25,631 nt of DNA from a virus. Taxonomy: Duplodnaviria; Caudoviricetes. Shown piece by piece: positions 14,799 through 24,523 of this stretch. Position numbers and translations under genes: made by a program. A model generated the notes under the pieces. It had not been told where the DNA came from. It made no database searches and saw only the letters and a list, made by a program, of their open reading frames with translations. The stretch is taken from positions 1-25,631 of the IMG/VR virus record IMGVR_UViG_3300017704_000748, one strand, 5' to 3'. Positions within the stretch are counted from its first letter, which is position 1, and the number at the start of each line of letters is the position of its first letter.

Positions 14799-16772
14799 AT
14801 GATAACGAAATTACATCGAAGGACAGAAGCTGTTGGTGGTCTATCAGACGCCAGGGTTATCTGGGATGCTCCGCGTCCATATGCCCATCCTGAGAAACGC
14901 GAAATTCACCTGCCACCGATATCCGATATGGCACTCACAGAAGAGGCCATTGCGGACCTTCGTGGTTTTGTAGACCATGAAGCAAGGCATATTCTTCACA
15001 CCCAAGGTTGGAATAAATACACCACCGATTTCAAGGCAAGTTCGATGTTGAAAAACATCACCAATGTTCTTGAAGATGCTCGGGTTGAACAGAAGCCCAG
15101 TGACCGTCCCGGTGAAAAGTACAACCTTGCAGAACTTCGCCGAGGCATGCTGAAAGACATTTTTGGAAAAGGTAATGTTGGAAGGGATCCTTATTCCGAC
15201 GCAGTAACAAGTATTATGTATACTCAGCATGGAATTCATTTTCCGATGACTGATGAAGCCAAAACAGTGTTCGCGAAGATCGAGGATTTTATCATCGCGG
15301 CCTTGGCTAGCAAAGACATTCATGGCGTTGTTGCAAATGCGAAAAAGATCGTAAAGTACTTCAAAGACAATGCGCCAGAAGAGAAAGAGCCCGACTTTGG
15401 TCAGCCTCAAGACCACACCGATGGAGGTGACCCTTCAGATGAAACTGGAGAATCCAGTGAGGAGTCCGATGGTGAGGAAGCTGACGATAAAGAAAATAGT
15501 TCTGACGGTTCAAATGGTTCAGATGATACCAATACTGAAACAGATGGAGAGCCTGATGACACAGAGAAAGACGACTCGGAGGAGCAGGAGGAATCCGGCC
15601 GAGGAACTGGCAAAGATAGCACAGATAGTGGTGATGTTGGTGATGATGATAGCAGCAGCCGCCGCGGCTCTGGAGATATTCCAGAGTCTGATGAAGTAAT
15701 TCCGAACTCCTTCGACGAAAAAAAGTTCGACGAAGGTATGGAGGATTCAGATTTAGGTAAGGTGTTGGCTGACGCTATTGAAGCTCATGTTCAAAAGGAT
15801 ATAGCTTCTGGACATAGGTTCACGATCTATAGTGAAGGTGATATCTGGAACAATTACAGCTATGATCCTTCGCGCAATTTTACGTCCAAAGAAGACATGG
15901 GATCGAGAGATCACGATGACGCTGTCAAGGCTTTGACTCGGAGGCTGGTAAAGATCTTCCGTTCGCGTACTGCCTCATTCCGCCGCCATGGTATGACTCG
16001 AGGTAAGAGGGTTTCAAAGCATCGCCTTGGAGCATTCTCATCTGGTGGCACCAACGCCCCATTCTACATCTCAGAGAACACCGAGGAAATCAAAGCTAGG
16101 GTAACCATCCTGCTTGATCTTTCGGGTTCGATGAACAGAGTACTCAGCAAGGTCTTTATCTTTGCTGGAGTTATTGCTGAGACTTTGTCGCAGCTCGATG
16201 TGGATTTCGAGATTATTGGTTTCTACGTTGCAAAAGAAAATGCAACAGCCAAATGGAGGCGTATCCACGCTGACAGCGCAAAGAACTTCGACTCTTCATA
16301 TCCGAAGACGTATGAGGTATTCCATTCGTTTGGTGACCGCTATACGAAGAAGATCTTTACTAACATTTGCCAGCAAATCATGCACAGCGTTCGCTTTGCC
16401 GGCTATGGTCGTAACAATGATGACGCAGCAGCTTTGATCGAAGTGTCTGACCGTCTCATGAAATCGACAATCGGTCCTGAGGAACAGAAGTTTCTCTTCG
16501 TAGTTTCTGATGGTGCACCAACCGCACCGACAATGCATGGTGATGACGGCTATGGTTATGGCTATGGTAGAGAAAGCTTCCTTAAAGAGACAGCCCAGCG
16601 ACTCATCAAGGAATCACCAATCCAGATTCTTGCCCTGGGCTTTTCCGGGGCGACTCGAATCGCGAATTTCTACGGTGAGGAGAATTCGATCTATATTGAC
16701 GATTTTGGCAATCATTTCAAGCAGGTTTTCGTGGCCGAGATGGAAAAAGCGCTGAAAAGGGCACTTTCTTAA
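14799..16772 (+). CDS. CobT-like protein: HExxH N-terminal domain, acidic linker, C-terminal VWA
   Basis: DHEARH and NVLEDARVE; long D/E/S/G linker; MIDAS-type LLDLSGSM and VVSDGAP. Confidence 0.85.
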   Translation: MITKLHRRTEAVGGLSDARVIWDAPRPYAHPEKREIHLPPISDMALTEEAIADLRGFVDHEARHILHTQGWNKYTTDFKASSMLKNITNVLEDARVEQKPSDRPGEKYNLAELRRGMLKDIFGKGNVGRDPYSDAVTSIMYTQHGIHFPMTDEAKTVFAKIEDFIIAALASKDIHGVVANAKKIVKYFKDNAPEEKEPDFGQPQDHTDGGDPSDETGESSEESDGEEADDKENSSDGSNGSDDTNTETDGEPDDTEKDDSEEQEESGRGTGKDSTDSGDVGDDDSSSRRGSGDIPESDEVIPNSFDEKKFDEGMEDSDLGKVLADAIEAHVQKDIASGHRFTIYSEGDIWNNYSYDPSRNFTSKEDMGSRDHDDAVKALTRRLVKIFRSRTASFRRHGMTRGKRVSKHRLGAFSSGGTNAPFYISENTEEIKARVTILLDLSGSMNRVLSKVFIFAGVIAETLSQLDVDFEIIGFYVAKENATAKWRRIHADSAKNFDSSYPKTYEVFHSFGDRYTKKIFTNICQQIMHSVRFAGYGRNNDDAAALIEVSDRLMKSTIGPEEQKFLFVVSDGAPTAPTMHGDDGYGYGYGRESFLKETAQRLIKESPIQILALGFSGATRIANFYGEENSIYIDDFGNHFKQVFVAEMEKALKRALS

Positions 16773-16780
16773 AAAAAGCA

Positions 16781-16809
16781 TTTACGTTTTCCCAAACATT
16801 GATTATATT
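16781..16809 (+). promoter_or_regulatory. Sigma70-type promoter
   Basis: TTTACG-N17-TATATT preceded by an A7 tract. Confidence 0.7.
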
Positions 16810-16844
16810 ATACTATAAGCAATGACACACGGAGATGAAAGCGA

Positions 16845-18281
16845 ATGAAGTTTCAGGAAGCAATCTTGATCTGCAATCAGATCAAAACGGTCCACACGAA
16901 TTGCACCAATGGTCAAGGTGGAGAAATCGTAATTCCCTTCGATGTCCTAAAAGGGATCTTCGCTTCTGGTGATACACTTACCAGGTTCAAGGAAGTTATC
17001 GAGCGCCGCTATCTGAATGTCAAGGTTCGTAAAAGCCTTGAGCGCACACATAGCATTTCGATCCGTTCGATCGTTGGTGAAGAAGCTATTTGGATCGGCG
17101 CTGATAATGGTGATGATGAGCGGATGATTCAGCCCGCTGACATCAGTGTTTCAGCTCGCAAGATTTCGACCACCACTTTCACCATCGACGGTGAAGGTAT
17201 TGTCGACTCCCCCGCCATGCTCAACGACAGCCGCCAGGCCTTGGCTCAGATATTGGGCAACATCGCAGTGGAGTCGATGGAATCTGCACAGGAAATCGAT
17301 CCAGACGACTGGGACGAAGTCCTCGTCAATGAAGCTATGATTTCTTCCGATGAACTCCCTCCAGCTCGCAGGAAGTATAACGATCCAGAAAAGATCGCTG
17401 CTGCCGAGGAAGACATGGACTGGGATCTTCCTGTCATCGACGGAGACGAACCGTTCTATATGCCGCCCATCGCACAGTATCTTAACGACTGTGTCGAGGC
17501 TGGTGAAAACACCTTCACCGCCGGTCCTCATGGTTGTGGTAAGACCACCATGGTCAAACTGCTCTGCAAGATCAACGGCATGGTTCCTCTCGAAGTTGAC
17601 TTCTCGGCCGGCTGTGATGAAGCCACTTTCCTCGGTATGCACGTAGCTACTGTGGATGAGAATGGTAACCCTATTACGAAGTTCCAGTATGGAATCTTCC
17701 CTCAGGCTGTTATGGAAGGCCGTCCTATTATCTTGAACGAAATGGATATGGCTGCTCCTCAATATCTCGCAGCCCTCCATGGAATCCTGGAAGAGTCCGA
17801 TCCTAAGCTGACTCTGATGGATAATGGTGGCGAAGTCCTTCGCCCTGCCCATGGCTTCTCGGTTCATGGTACCGCCAACTCCCTTGGTCTTGGTGAGGCG
17901 ATGAACGATTACCATGGCACTTCGGCTTTGAACCCTGCATTCCTCGATCGCTTCGACTCGTTCTTCGAAGTTGAGTACACCGATCGCGAAGCGACAATCC
18001 TTGATAAGATCCTGAAGGGTAGCCACTACAAGGAATACACTTCACAGATCATGCGCTTCGTGACAGACGTCCGGCATTTGAAGGCCACTGACGTTATCGA
18101 CTCTAACCTGTCCACTCGCCGACTGAAGATGATGGCGAAGAAGATCGAGCGTTGGGGTCTCAGGAAGGCAATGCAGAACTGCATTCTCACACGGCTCGAA
18201 AAGGAAGACCGTGGACCGGTTGCAGAAGTACTCCAGCGCCACTGGCCTCAGGAATTCGGCACAAGTGGTAGCGATTTCTAA
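16845..18281 (+). CDS. CobS/MoxR-like AAA+ ATPase
   Basis: Walker A GPHGCGKT, Walker B variant IILNEMD, GTAN, LNPAFLDRF, STRRL; GGAG upstream; about 190-aa N-terminal extension. Confidence 0.88.
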   Translation: MKFQEAILICNQIKTVHTNCTNGQGGEIVIPFDVLKGIFASGDTLTRFKEVIERRYLNVKVRKSLERTHSISIRSIVGEEAIWIGADNGDDERMIQPADISVSARKISTTTFTIDGEGIVDSPAMLNDSRQALAQILGNIAVESMESAQEIDPDDWDEVLVNEAMISSDELPPARRKYNDPEKIAAAEEDMDWDLPVIDGDEPFYMPPIAQYLNDCVEAGENTFTAGPHGCGKTTMVKLLCKINGMVPLEVDFSAGCDEATFLGMHVATVDENGNPITKFQYGIFPQAVMEGRPIILNEMDMAAPQYLAALHGILEESDPKLTLMDNGGEVLRPAHGFSVHGTANSLGLGEAMNDYHGTSALNPAFLDRFDSFFEVEYTDREATILDKILKGSHYKEYTSQIMRFVTDVRHLKATDVIDSNLSTRRLKMMAKKIERWGLRKAMQNCILTRLEKEDRGPVAEVLQRHWPQEFGTSGSDF

Positions 18282-18328
18282 GCTAATCGGCAAATAATGA
18301 AATAGGAAAGGAAAATTAGTTTCCGCCG

Positions 18329-18360
18329 GGGGAGCATCTTTATGGTGCTCCCCTTTTTTT
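18329..18360 (+). terminator. Rho-independent terminator
   Basis: GGGGAGCATC-TTTAT-GGTGCTCCCC followed by T7. Confidence 0.9.
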
Positions 18361-18451
18361 GTGTTCTCTGTTGAGTATATTTACTATGCACCCATAGTGT
18401 ATGGTCTTCCCAAATTCCATACGGATAATACCTCAACAGAGGGTCGTGTTA

Positions 18452-20098
18452 ATGACTAAAAAACAACTCGAAGAGTATATAAAGTGCCGAGAGGATCCGG
18501 TATACTTTCTGAAAAAGTATGGGAAAGTTCGCCATCCGACAAAAGGCCTTTTACGATTTAACCTTTGGGAATTTCAAGAGAAGTCATTAGAGGCTTTTGT
18601 TAATAACTCCTACAACATTATCCTCAAAGCTAGACAACTTGGTCTTTCAACTCTCTGTGCTGGATATATTACCTGGATGGTTACGTTCTACAGGGATAAG
18701 CAAATTTACATCCTTGCTACGAAGAGTGAAACTGCTACTAACCTGATTACAAAAGTCAAGACGTTTATCGAAAATCTTCCTCAGTGGATTAGACCTGAGT
18801 TTAGGATCGACAACAGACAGAGCTTTGAACTTAAGAATGGTTCGACCGTCAAAGCTTCTGCTACGACTACTGACGCTGCAAGATCAGAAGCTCTTTCATT
18901 GCTCATCATAGACGAAGCTGCATTCATCGATAAGATGGATGACATTTGGGTAGCTGCACAACCTACGCTATCCACAGGAGGGGATTGTATCGCACTCTCA
19001 TCTCCTAACGGTATCGGTAATTGGTTCCATAAAATGTACCAGAAAGCTTTGGCTGGTGAAGGACTTCAAGTTGGAAGCAAAGAGGTTTCATTCAACCCCA
19101 TCAAGCTTCACTGGACTTTGCATCCGGACCGATCAGAGAAGTGGGCTGTGGCAACAAAGAAAGAGATTGGAACAAGAGGCTTTGCACAAGAGCATGACTG
19201 TGACTTCCTACAGTCTGGTGCAAACGTCATCGACATGGATGACATCCTTTACTATACAAAGAACCCAATCGATAGACCACACATCCAGCCTCCTATGGAT
19301 AAGATCTGGATGGATAGAAATCTTTGGATATGGGAATATCCAAGACCAGGAGCAAATTATCACATAGCTGCGGATGTAGCTAGAGGTGATGGTTCTGACT
19401 ATTCTGCATTCCATGTAGTCGATGTTGAAAAGTACGAACAGGTAGCAGAGTACAAAGGCAAGATTCCTACTGACGTCTTTGCAAAGCTATTGGTTGATCA
19501 AGCTAACATGTACAACGGAGCTTTTCTATCGGTAGAAAACAACTCTGTTGGTTGGCACGTAGCTAAGTCGGTTGTAGAAGAACACGAATACAAGAATGTT
19601 TATTGGACTATCAAGGATACCACAAGGATGAATGAATCAAACATCCATCAATTCCAGATAGATCCATATAATATTCCAAATAATGCCGTCCATGGATTTA
19701 CAATGTCTTCAAAGACTCGTCCTGCAGCTATCGCTAGAATGGAAGAGGATATACGAATGAAATCATTCGTCTTTCATTCACAGAGACTGTTTGATGAATT
19801 CCAAGTGTTTGTGTTTGTGAATGGAAAACCACAGGCAATGGATGGTTACAATGATGACCTGGTTATTTCACTTTCACAATTGATGTATCTTAGACATATT
19901 CATATGGGTATCTTTGGTACCGGTGAAGAAGCAACCGGCGCCATGATCGATTCTTTGGGTTACACAACTCAGGAGTATCAGCATGGTATTCTTACCTCCA
20001 ACGACCAGCCCGGCGATGATAAAACTCACGAAAGTTATTTTGTCGCCCTTGGTCCACCAGATCAACCAAAAGAAGATCTGTCATGGCTATTAGGGTAG
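18452..20098 (+). CDS. terL: Terminase large subunit (T4 gp17-like)
   Basis: EYIKC..DPVYF, KARQLGLST, LIIDEAAF, SSPNG, DVARGDGSDYS, VENN, NDDLV. Start 18452 (GAGGG upstream) preferred; 18401 possible. Confidence 0.95.
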   Translation: MTKKQLEEYIKCREDPVYFLKKYGKVRHPTKGLLRFNLWEFQEKSLEAFVNNSYNIILKARQLGLSTLCAGYITWMVTFYRDKQIYILATKSETATNLITKVKTFIENLPQWIRPEFRIDNRQSFELKNGSTVKASATTTDAARSEALSLLIIDEAAFIDKMDDIWVAAQPTLSTGGDCIALSSPNGIGNWFHKMYQKALAGEGLQVGSKEVSFNPIKLHWTLHPDRSEKWAVATKKEIGTRGFAQEHDCDFLQSGANVIDMDDILYYTKNPIDRPHIQPPMDKIWMDRNLWIWEYPRPGANYHIAADVARGDGSDYSAFHVVDVEKYEQVAEYKGKIPTDVFAKLLVDQANMYNGAFLSVENNSVGWHVAKSVVEEHEYKNVYWTIKDTTRMNESNIHQFQIDPYNIPNNAVHGFTMSSKTRPAAIARMEEDIRMKSFVFHSQRLFDEFQVFVFVNGKPQAMDGYNDDLVISLSQLMYLRHIHMGIFGTGEEATGAMIDSLGYTTQEYQHGILTSNDQPGDDKTHESYFVALGPPDQPKEDLSWLLG

Positions 20099-20277
20099 CC
20101 GTGCTTCGGGCTATTGTAACATGGTTAAGAAGAAATTATCGAAGAGATATGAAGGAGAATTTACTTACTTCAAAGGAAGTCATACTACAAGTTCAAAGCA
20201 GGCTACCTCATTTGGTAGAATATTACAATGATTGCAAAAAGAAAGGAACTGACACCATTGGGGAGCCAGACAAATGA
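20083..20277 (+). CDS. Small hypothetical protein, start uncertain
   Basis: Fills the gap and its stop overlaps the next start (ATGA); no recognisable motif. Confidence 0.35.
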   Translation: MAIRVAVLRAIVTWLRRNYRRDMKENLLTSKEVILQVQSRLPHLVEYYNDCKKKGTDTIGEPDK

Positions 20278-20513
20278 CAGATGTTACATCATGGGAAAAA
20301 GATCAGAGGCTGGTGTTGAATGAATTAACTAGAAACACCGATGCCATTGAGGCTTTGCGGGAAGACATCGGGGAAATCAAAATAGAAATCGCGATGCTGA
20401 AAGTAAAGTCAGGAATGTGGGGAGCCATAGGTGGTATTGTTGTAGCTCTGCCAATGATCTTCGTTTTGTATCAAATACTCTCACCAGTGACAGCTGTTGC
20501 TGGCGGTAAATAA
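20274..20513 (+). CDS. Small coiled-coil protein with C-terminal transmembrane helix (holin/XhlA-like architecture)
   Basis: Heptads in IEALREDIGEIKIEIAMLK then WGAIGGIVVALPMIFVLY; GGGAG upstream. Confidence 0.65.
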   Translation: MTDVTSWEKDQRLVLNELTRNTDAIEALREDIGEIKIEIAMLKVKSGMWGAIGGIVVALPMIFVLYQILSPVTAVAGGK

Positions 20514-20526
20514 GCAAAGGAAATAA

Positions 20527-22335
20527 ATGGCTGATAGGTTTAGTAAACTAAGTAAAGTACTTCGAGGAGTCAAAGTCAGAGGCAAGGTGCCTACTGAGCG
20601 ACCTGGCTCTCGTGCCCATAAAAGGGTTTTCGATACGTTTGAACGATCTGCTCAAGCTATCTTCCAGCAGTCGCTTATCGGTGGTGCCGAAAGACAAGAA
20701 AGGTTTAGAGATTATGAAGAGATGGATCAGTCCCCTGAAATATCTAAGGCTCTTGATATTTACGCTGATGATTCATGCACATACTCTGAGGAAGGTGATG
20801 TCATCAAAATTATTTCTGATGACGAAAAGCTAAAGGCTGAACTTGAAGAATTGTACTATGAAAGATTAGATATCGAATTCCATCTATGGACATGGATTCG
20901 TAACCTAACTAAGTATGGTGATCAGTTCAACCTGTTGGATGTAGTCGATAAAGAAGGTGTTGTAGGAGCCATCGCACTACCTACTCTTGAAATTGATAGA
21001 GAAGAAGGATACAATGGTGATCCTAACTCGGTCAGATATAAGTGGACTGTTCAAGGTAACACTTACTTTGAAAACTTCCAGATCTCTCATATGAGAATCC
21101 TTGGTGATGATAGATTTCTCCCCTATGGAAGATCGGTCCTGGAACCAGCAAGGAAGATATACAAGCAGCTTACTATGGCTGAGGATGCAATGCTCGTCTA
21201 TCGTATGACCAGAGCACCTGAACGTAGAGTATTCTATATCGAGGTTGGAAATATTCCACCTAAGGATGTGGAATCATACATCATGAAAGCTAGGGACTCA
21301 CTCAAGAGAACTCCTCTTATGACCGAGTCAACAGGTAACGTTGATATGAGGTATAATCCTCAGTCGATCGATGAAGACTTCTTCATTCCTGTCAGAGGCG
21401 ATAGAGGAACAAGAGTTGAGACTCTCCCAGGTGGTACCAATCAGGGTGACATCGAAGACATCGAATATCTTCAGAACAAGATGTTCATCGCTCTTGGTGT
21501 CCCTAAGAGCTATCTCACTGCTGAAGAGGATCTTGGTGGTAAAGGAACCTTGGCACAGGAAGACATTAAGTTTGCTAGAACAATTCAGCGTGTACAGAAG
21601 ATCGTTATCTCTGAACTGGCAAAGATCGGTTTGATCCATCTGTACTTGAAGGGCTACGACGAGAAGGATATCTACAACTTCGATCTCTCACTAACCAATC
21701 CTTCTACAGTAATGGAGATGATGCAGCTAGACCTTATCGAAAAGAGATTTAGTCTGGCCAGCACCATTCAGGATTCACCTTTAATTGATGATCTATACAT
21801 TCAGAGGACAGTACTCAATCTTACTGACTCTGAAATTACTCAGATCAATGGTAGAATTCTTACAGATGCTCATAAGCGTTTCGTTATTAACACTCTTGAG
21901 AATGAGGGTACCAACCCTGCTACAGGTGTTGATAGCGAAGAAGGCGAGATGTCCGATGAAGATAAGCAATCGGGTATTGATAATCTTCCAACCGAAAATG
22001 ATGAAACAAAGGAAGACAGAGAAGAGAAGGAGACACTTAGTCACGCTGGCAAAACTCCAACAGGAGTACCAGATCCAACAGGCACCGCCAATATTCCTGG
22101 TGCCCCAAAGGGGTATGGCATACATGACAGTAGTCTAATGGATTCAGAGACGTTTAAGAAGAAGAGAGCTAAGAGTAGGAAGGATCCTTTGGATAGAACG
22201 ATATCTGATTGTATGAAGGCTGATAGAAAAATAAAGAGGTTAATTGAAAGCATCAGTGGTTCAGATGCTCTTACTGAAGACGTAAGAAAAGATATACATC
22301 TCAAAGTCGCTAACACAAAAAAGACGAGGAAGTAA
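20527..22335 (+). CDS. Portal protein (T4 gp20-like)
   Basis: PEISKALD, EDAMLVYRMTRAPERRVFYIEVGN, EDFFIP.RG, IEDIEYLQNKMF.ALGVP. Confidence 0.95.
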   Translation: MADRFSKLSKVLRGVKVRGKVPTERPGSRAHKRVFDTFERSAQAIFQQSLIGGAERQERFRDYEEMDQSPEISKALDIYADDSCTYSEEGDVIKIISDDEKLKAELEELYYERLDIEFHLWTWIRNLTKYGDQFNLLDVVDKEGVVGAIALPTLEIDREEGYNGDPNSVRYKWTVQGNTYFENFQISHMRILGDDRFLPYGRSVLEPARKIYKQLTMAEDAMLVYRMTRAPERRVFYIEVGNIPPKDVESYIMKARDSLKRTPLMTESTGNVDMRYNPQSIDEDFFIPVRGDRGTRVETLPGGTNQGDIEDIEYLQNKMFIALGVPKSYLTAEEDLGGKGTLAQEDIKFARTIQRVQKIVISELAKIGLIHLYLKGYDEKDIYNFDLSLTNPSTVMEMMQLDLIEKRFSLASTIQDSPLIDDLYIQRTVLNLTDSEITQINGRILTDAHKRFVINTLENEGTNPATGVDSEEGEMSDEDKQSGIDNLPTENDETKEDREEKETLSHAGKTPTGVPDPTGTANIPGAPKGYGIHDSSLMDSETFKKKRAKSRKDPLDRTISDCMKADRKIKRLIESISGSDALTEDVRKDIHLKVANTKKTRK

Positions 22336-22355
22336 CATTACTCATCCATTACGTT

Positions 22356-22365
22356 TATTTATAGT
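22356..22365 (+). promoter_or_regulatory. TATTTATAGT motif, candidate late promoter
   Basis: Intergenic core match about 28 nt before ATG 22393. Confidence 0.5.
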
Positions 22366-22392
22366 ATAGGGTAGTGTACTGTCAAGGAGAGA

Positions 22393-23256
22393 ATGATGAT
22401 ACGTAGCAATAAATTGAGGAACGTCGGTATCCTCTTTGAAGCTCTTTCATATGGTGTTGCTGACCATATTGCCAAAGGTAACACTGAGGCGGCTTCGAGA
22501 ATTCTGTATCTTTTGAGGAAGCACTTCATGAATGAAGGAACTGAAATGCACCGAGCATATAAGGTGTATTCACAGCTTCTATACGAAGAGTCCCTAAATT
22601 ATTTCTATGCCACCAGAATGCTCAAGCATCTATTGGAACAGGCTAGGGATATTAACACGACTACTCTCAAAAAGGAAACCGACGCCTTGATTGAGAGTAT
22701 TGATAGAGTTGCTAATCGCAAAGAACTCATGTCAAGAAAGATACCTAACTTTAAGCTGTATTCCAGCTTCAACGCTTTGGCTCACCATTTCACATACATG
22801 GAAGCCAAGGAAAAGCTATCGTGTGAAAGTGCAGTTTTCGAACATATGATAAGCAATAAGGAAGTTGAAAGATTGGAAGAAGCCGAAGGTCTCTGGTCTG
22901 CGGCTACGAAGACACCAGAAGACATTCAATTGGAAACGATGGCAGTAACAATTGCCCTGAGGAAATTCAAGGATAGATACGCTTCTATGAATGAAGACCA
23001 GAAGGCCTTCCTAATGAAGTATGTATCTACCCCTGACCCAAAAATCTTCTCAAAATGGGCTGAAAAGAAGGCTCTAGGGCTGAAAGAGAAGCTATCAAGC
23101 GCCCTACCTTCCGTTACCAATGAGTCCACCCAGGAGAAACTCACTGCCCTCTGCGAAAGGCTCTCTGGTATCAAAGGGACTGAACCTATCACTGCCATAC
23201 AGCTCACAGAACTTATGATGACATACGAACTCTGTGATAGTCTGGAAACATTGTAA
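22393..23256 (+). CDS. Hypothetical helical protein in the head module
   Basis: AGGAG upstream; 287 aa; directly after the portal gene. Confidence 0.8.
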   Translation: MMIRSNKLRNVGILFEALSYGVADHIAKGNTEAASRILYLLRKHFMNEGTEMHRAYKVYSQLLYEESLNYFYATRMLKHLLEQARDINTTTLKKETDALIESIDRVANRKELMSRKIPNFKLYSSFNALAHHFTYMEAKEKLSCESAVFEHMISNKEVERLEEAEGLWSAATKTPEDIQLETMAVTIALRKFKDRYASMNEDQKAFLMKYVSTPDPKIFSKWAEKKALGLKEKLSSALPSVTNESTQEKLTALCERLSGIKGTEPITAIQLTELMMTYELCDSLETL

Positions 23257-23269
23257 CGGAGAATTAGAT

Positions 23270-23611
23270 ATGTCTATATTAGAAGATCAGGCAATTTTTG
23301 ATAATGAAACTTTGAATCCTCAGGCTGGACAGAAGGCTTTTCCAACAGAGAAGGCGACTGCTGCGTATGGATCATTTATTGATGAACACTCTCAAGCCAA
23401 ACCATATGGTAACGGTGAAGTTAATGAGCTGGCAAATCTTGGTCAAATAGTTAGTGACGGAGACGCATCAGGTGTCTTTGGCGAAGCTGGTCAGCAGCGA
23501 GGTGGTGATATCGTAACTCGACTCTTTGGTCTTGCAGATAAGCTAGGTCTTGGTGGTCTCAGACCGGTTGATACAAGTTTCAAGCAGAAGACTGAGAGGA
23601 CTGGTTTGTAA
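23270..23611 (+). CDS. Hypothetical protein (head module)
   Basis: GGAG at 23258-23261 supports ATG 23270 (MSILED); TAATG overlap with the next gene. Confidence 0.7.
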   Translation: MSILEDQAIFDNETLNPQAGQKAFPTEKATAAYGSFIDEHSQAKPYGNGEVNELANLGQIVSDGDASGVFGEAGQQRGGDIVTRLFGLADKLGLGGLRPVDTSFKQKTERTGL

Positions 23612-23946
23612 TGAAACTGATATCATTGCTGATAGAAGAAAGAGAGTGGTACGACAAAAATGGTCGGCCAAAGAATCATCCTGAGTCATTTAAGAAAAAG
23701 TTGGTTATGTTTGGGATGAAGACAAAAAATATTACTGGTCTCGATCCGAAGAATGTACATGCGACTGCAAATGATATTGTAGGTCAGGTATATTATGGTG
23801 GAAATCTCGAAGCAAATATGCAGGCTATATATGGTGATGATCCAAAGATTGTGGCCGCGATCAAAAAGGAACTGCCAAAGTTAGTTGCTGCTATAAAGAA
23901 AGATCACAAATTTGAAGACAGTCACTCTACTTCGCCGGGGTATTAG
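23611..23946 (+). CDS. Hypothetical protein, candidate internal head protein
   Basis: Leader MKLISLLIEE; coupled start. Confidence 0.7.
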   Translation: MKLISLLIEEREWYDKNGRPKNHPESFKKKLVMFGMKTKNITGLDPKNVHATANDIVGQVYYGGNLEANMQAIYGDDPKIVAAIKKELPKLVAAIKKDHKFEDSHSTSPGY

Positions 23947-23947
23947 A

Positions 23948-24523
23948 ATGAAGAAAGAATCATCAGCAGTAGGAGGAGTCGCCGGCTATGACGGCATCAT
24001 CGGATCACCAGCCGCTGATGATAAAATGGACACAACACAACGCAAGAAAATTAAGAGAGATCTTACAATGAAGGGTAAGCAAAAGAATCAACCAAAGGAA
24101 TTCACTTACGCTGAAGGCTCAATGGTTAGAAGAAAGTCACCTACTCTTGAGTCGATAGCTCAGGACGTCAAGGTGGATCTTATGTTTGAGGGCGATGAGA
24201 TGGATGCCCTTCAGGCAGTCAATGCACAGATCGACTCTCTATCCGATCAAATCAAGATGAGCATCCACTATGCTAAATCATTTGCCAATGATGGACTTAA
24301 GCTTGGTAGCGATGAGGCTGTTGGGTATAACATCAAGAGGTCAATGGCAGAGATCAGAAGGATTCAAAAGCTAGCTGGTCAGATGGGAGAGCTCTTCTCC
24401 AAGGTAACTGAAGCCAAAGCTCACAAGGATCAAAGAGATGGTGAGGTAAAAGCTCAGGAGGATATGCAGAAGCAGGCTGTAAAGGCCAAGGAAGAGACAA
24501 TGAAACTTGGTGGGATGAGATGA
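23948..24523 (+). CDS. Hypothetical coiled-coil protein (head module)
   Basis: ATG 23948 follows the upstream stop; charged helical C-terminus. Confidence 0.7.
   Translation: MKKESSAVGGVAGYDGIIGSPAADDKMDTTQRKKIKRDLTMKGKQKNQPKEFTYAEGSMVRRKSPTLESIAQDVKVDLMFEGDEMDALQAVNAQIDSLSDQIKMSIHYAKSFANDGLKLGSDEAVGYNIKRSMAEIRRIQKLAGQMGELFSKVTEAKAHKDQRDGEVKAQEDMQKQAVKAKEETMKLGGMR

Noticed and set aside
15370-15760. Repeat element in the GAT/GAC/GAA-rich stretch
   Set aside because: It encodes the acidic linker typical of CobT-like proteins, with no discrete DNA repeat unit.
17725-17750. Walker B NE instead of DE as a sign of a dead ATPase
   Set aside because: All other AAA+ motifs are intact and I recall NE in other CobS-like proteins; not enough to claim inactivity.
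17151-18026. 291-aa antisense ORF
   Set aside because: Shadow of the AAA+ gene, plausibly from its codon bias; no motifs of its own.
14799-18281. Cobalamin biosynthesis auxiliary genes
   Set aside because: No cobN or other cob genes here; the similarity reflects the wider MoxR/VWA family.
20082-20114. Overlapping GGCTA/TAGCC stems at the terminase stop
   Set aside because: Short stems without a U tract; could be chance.
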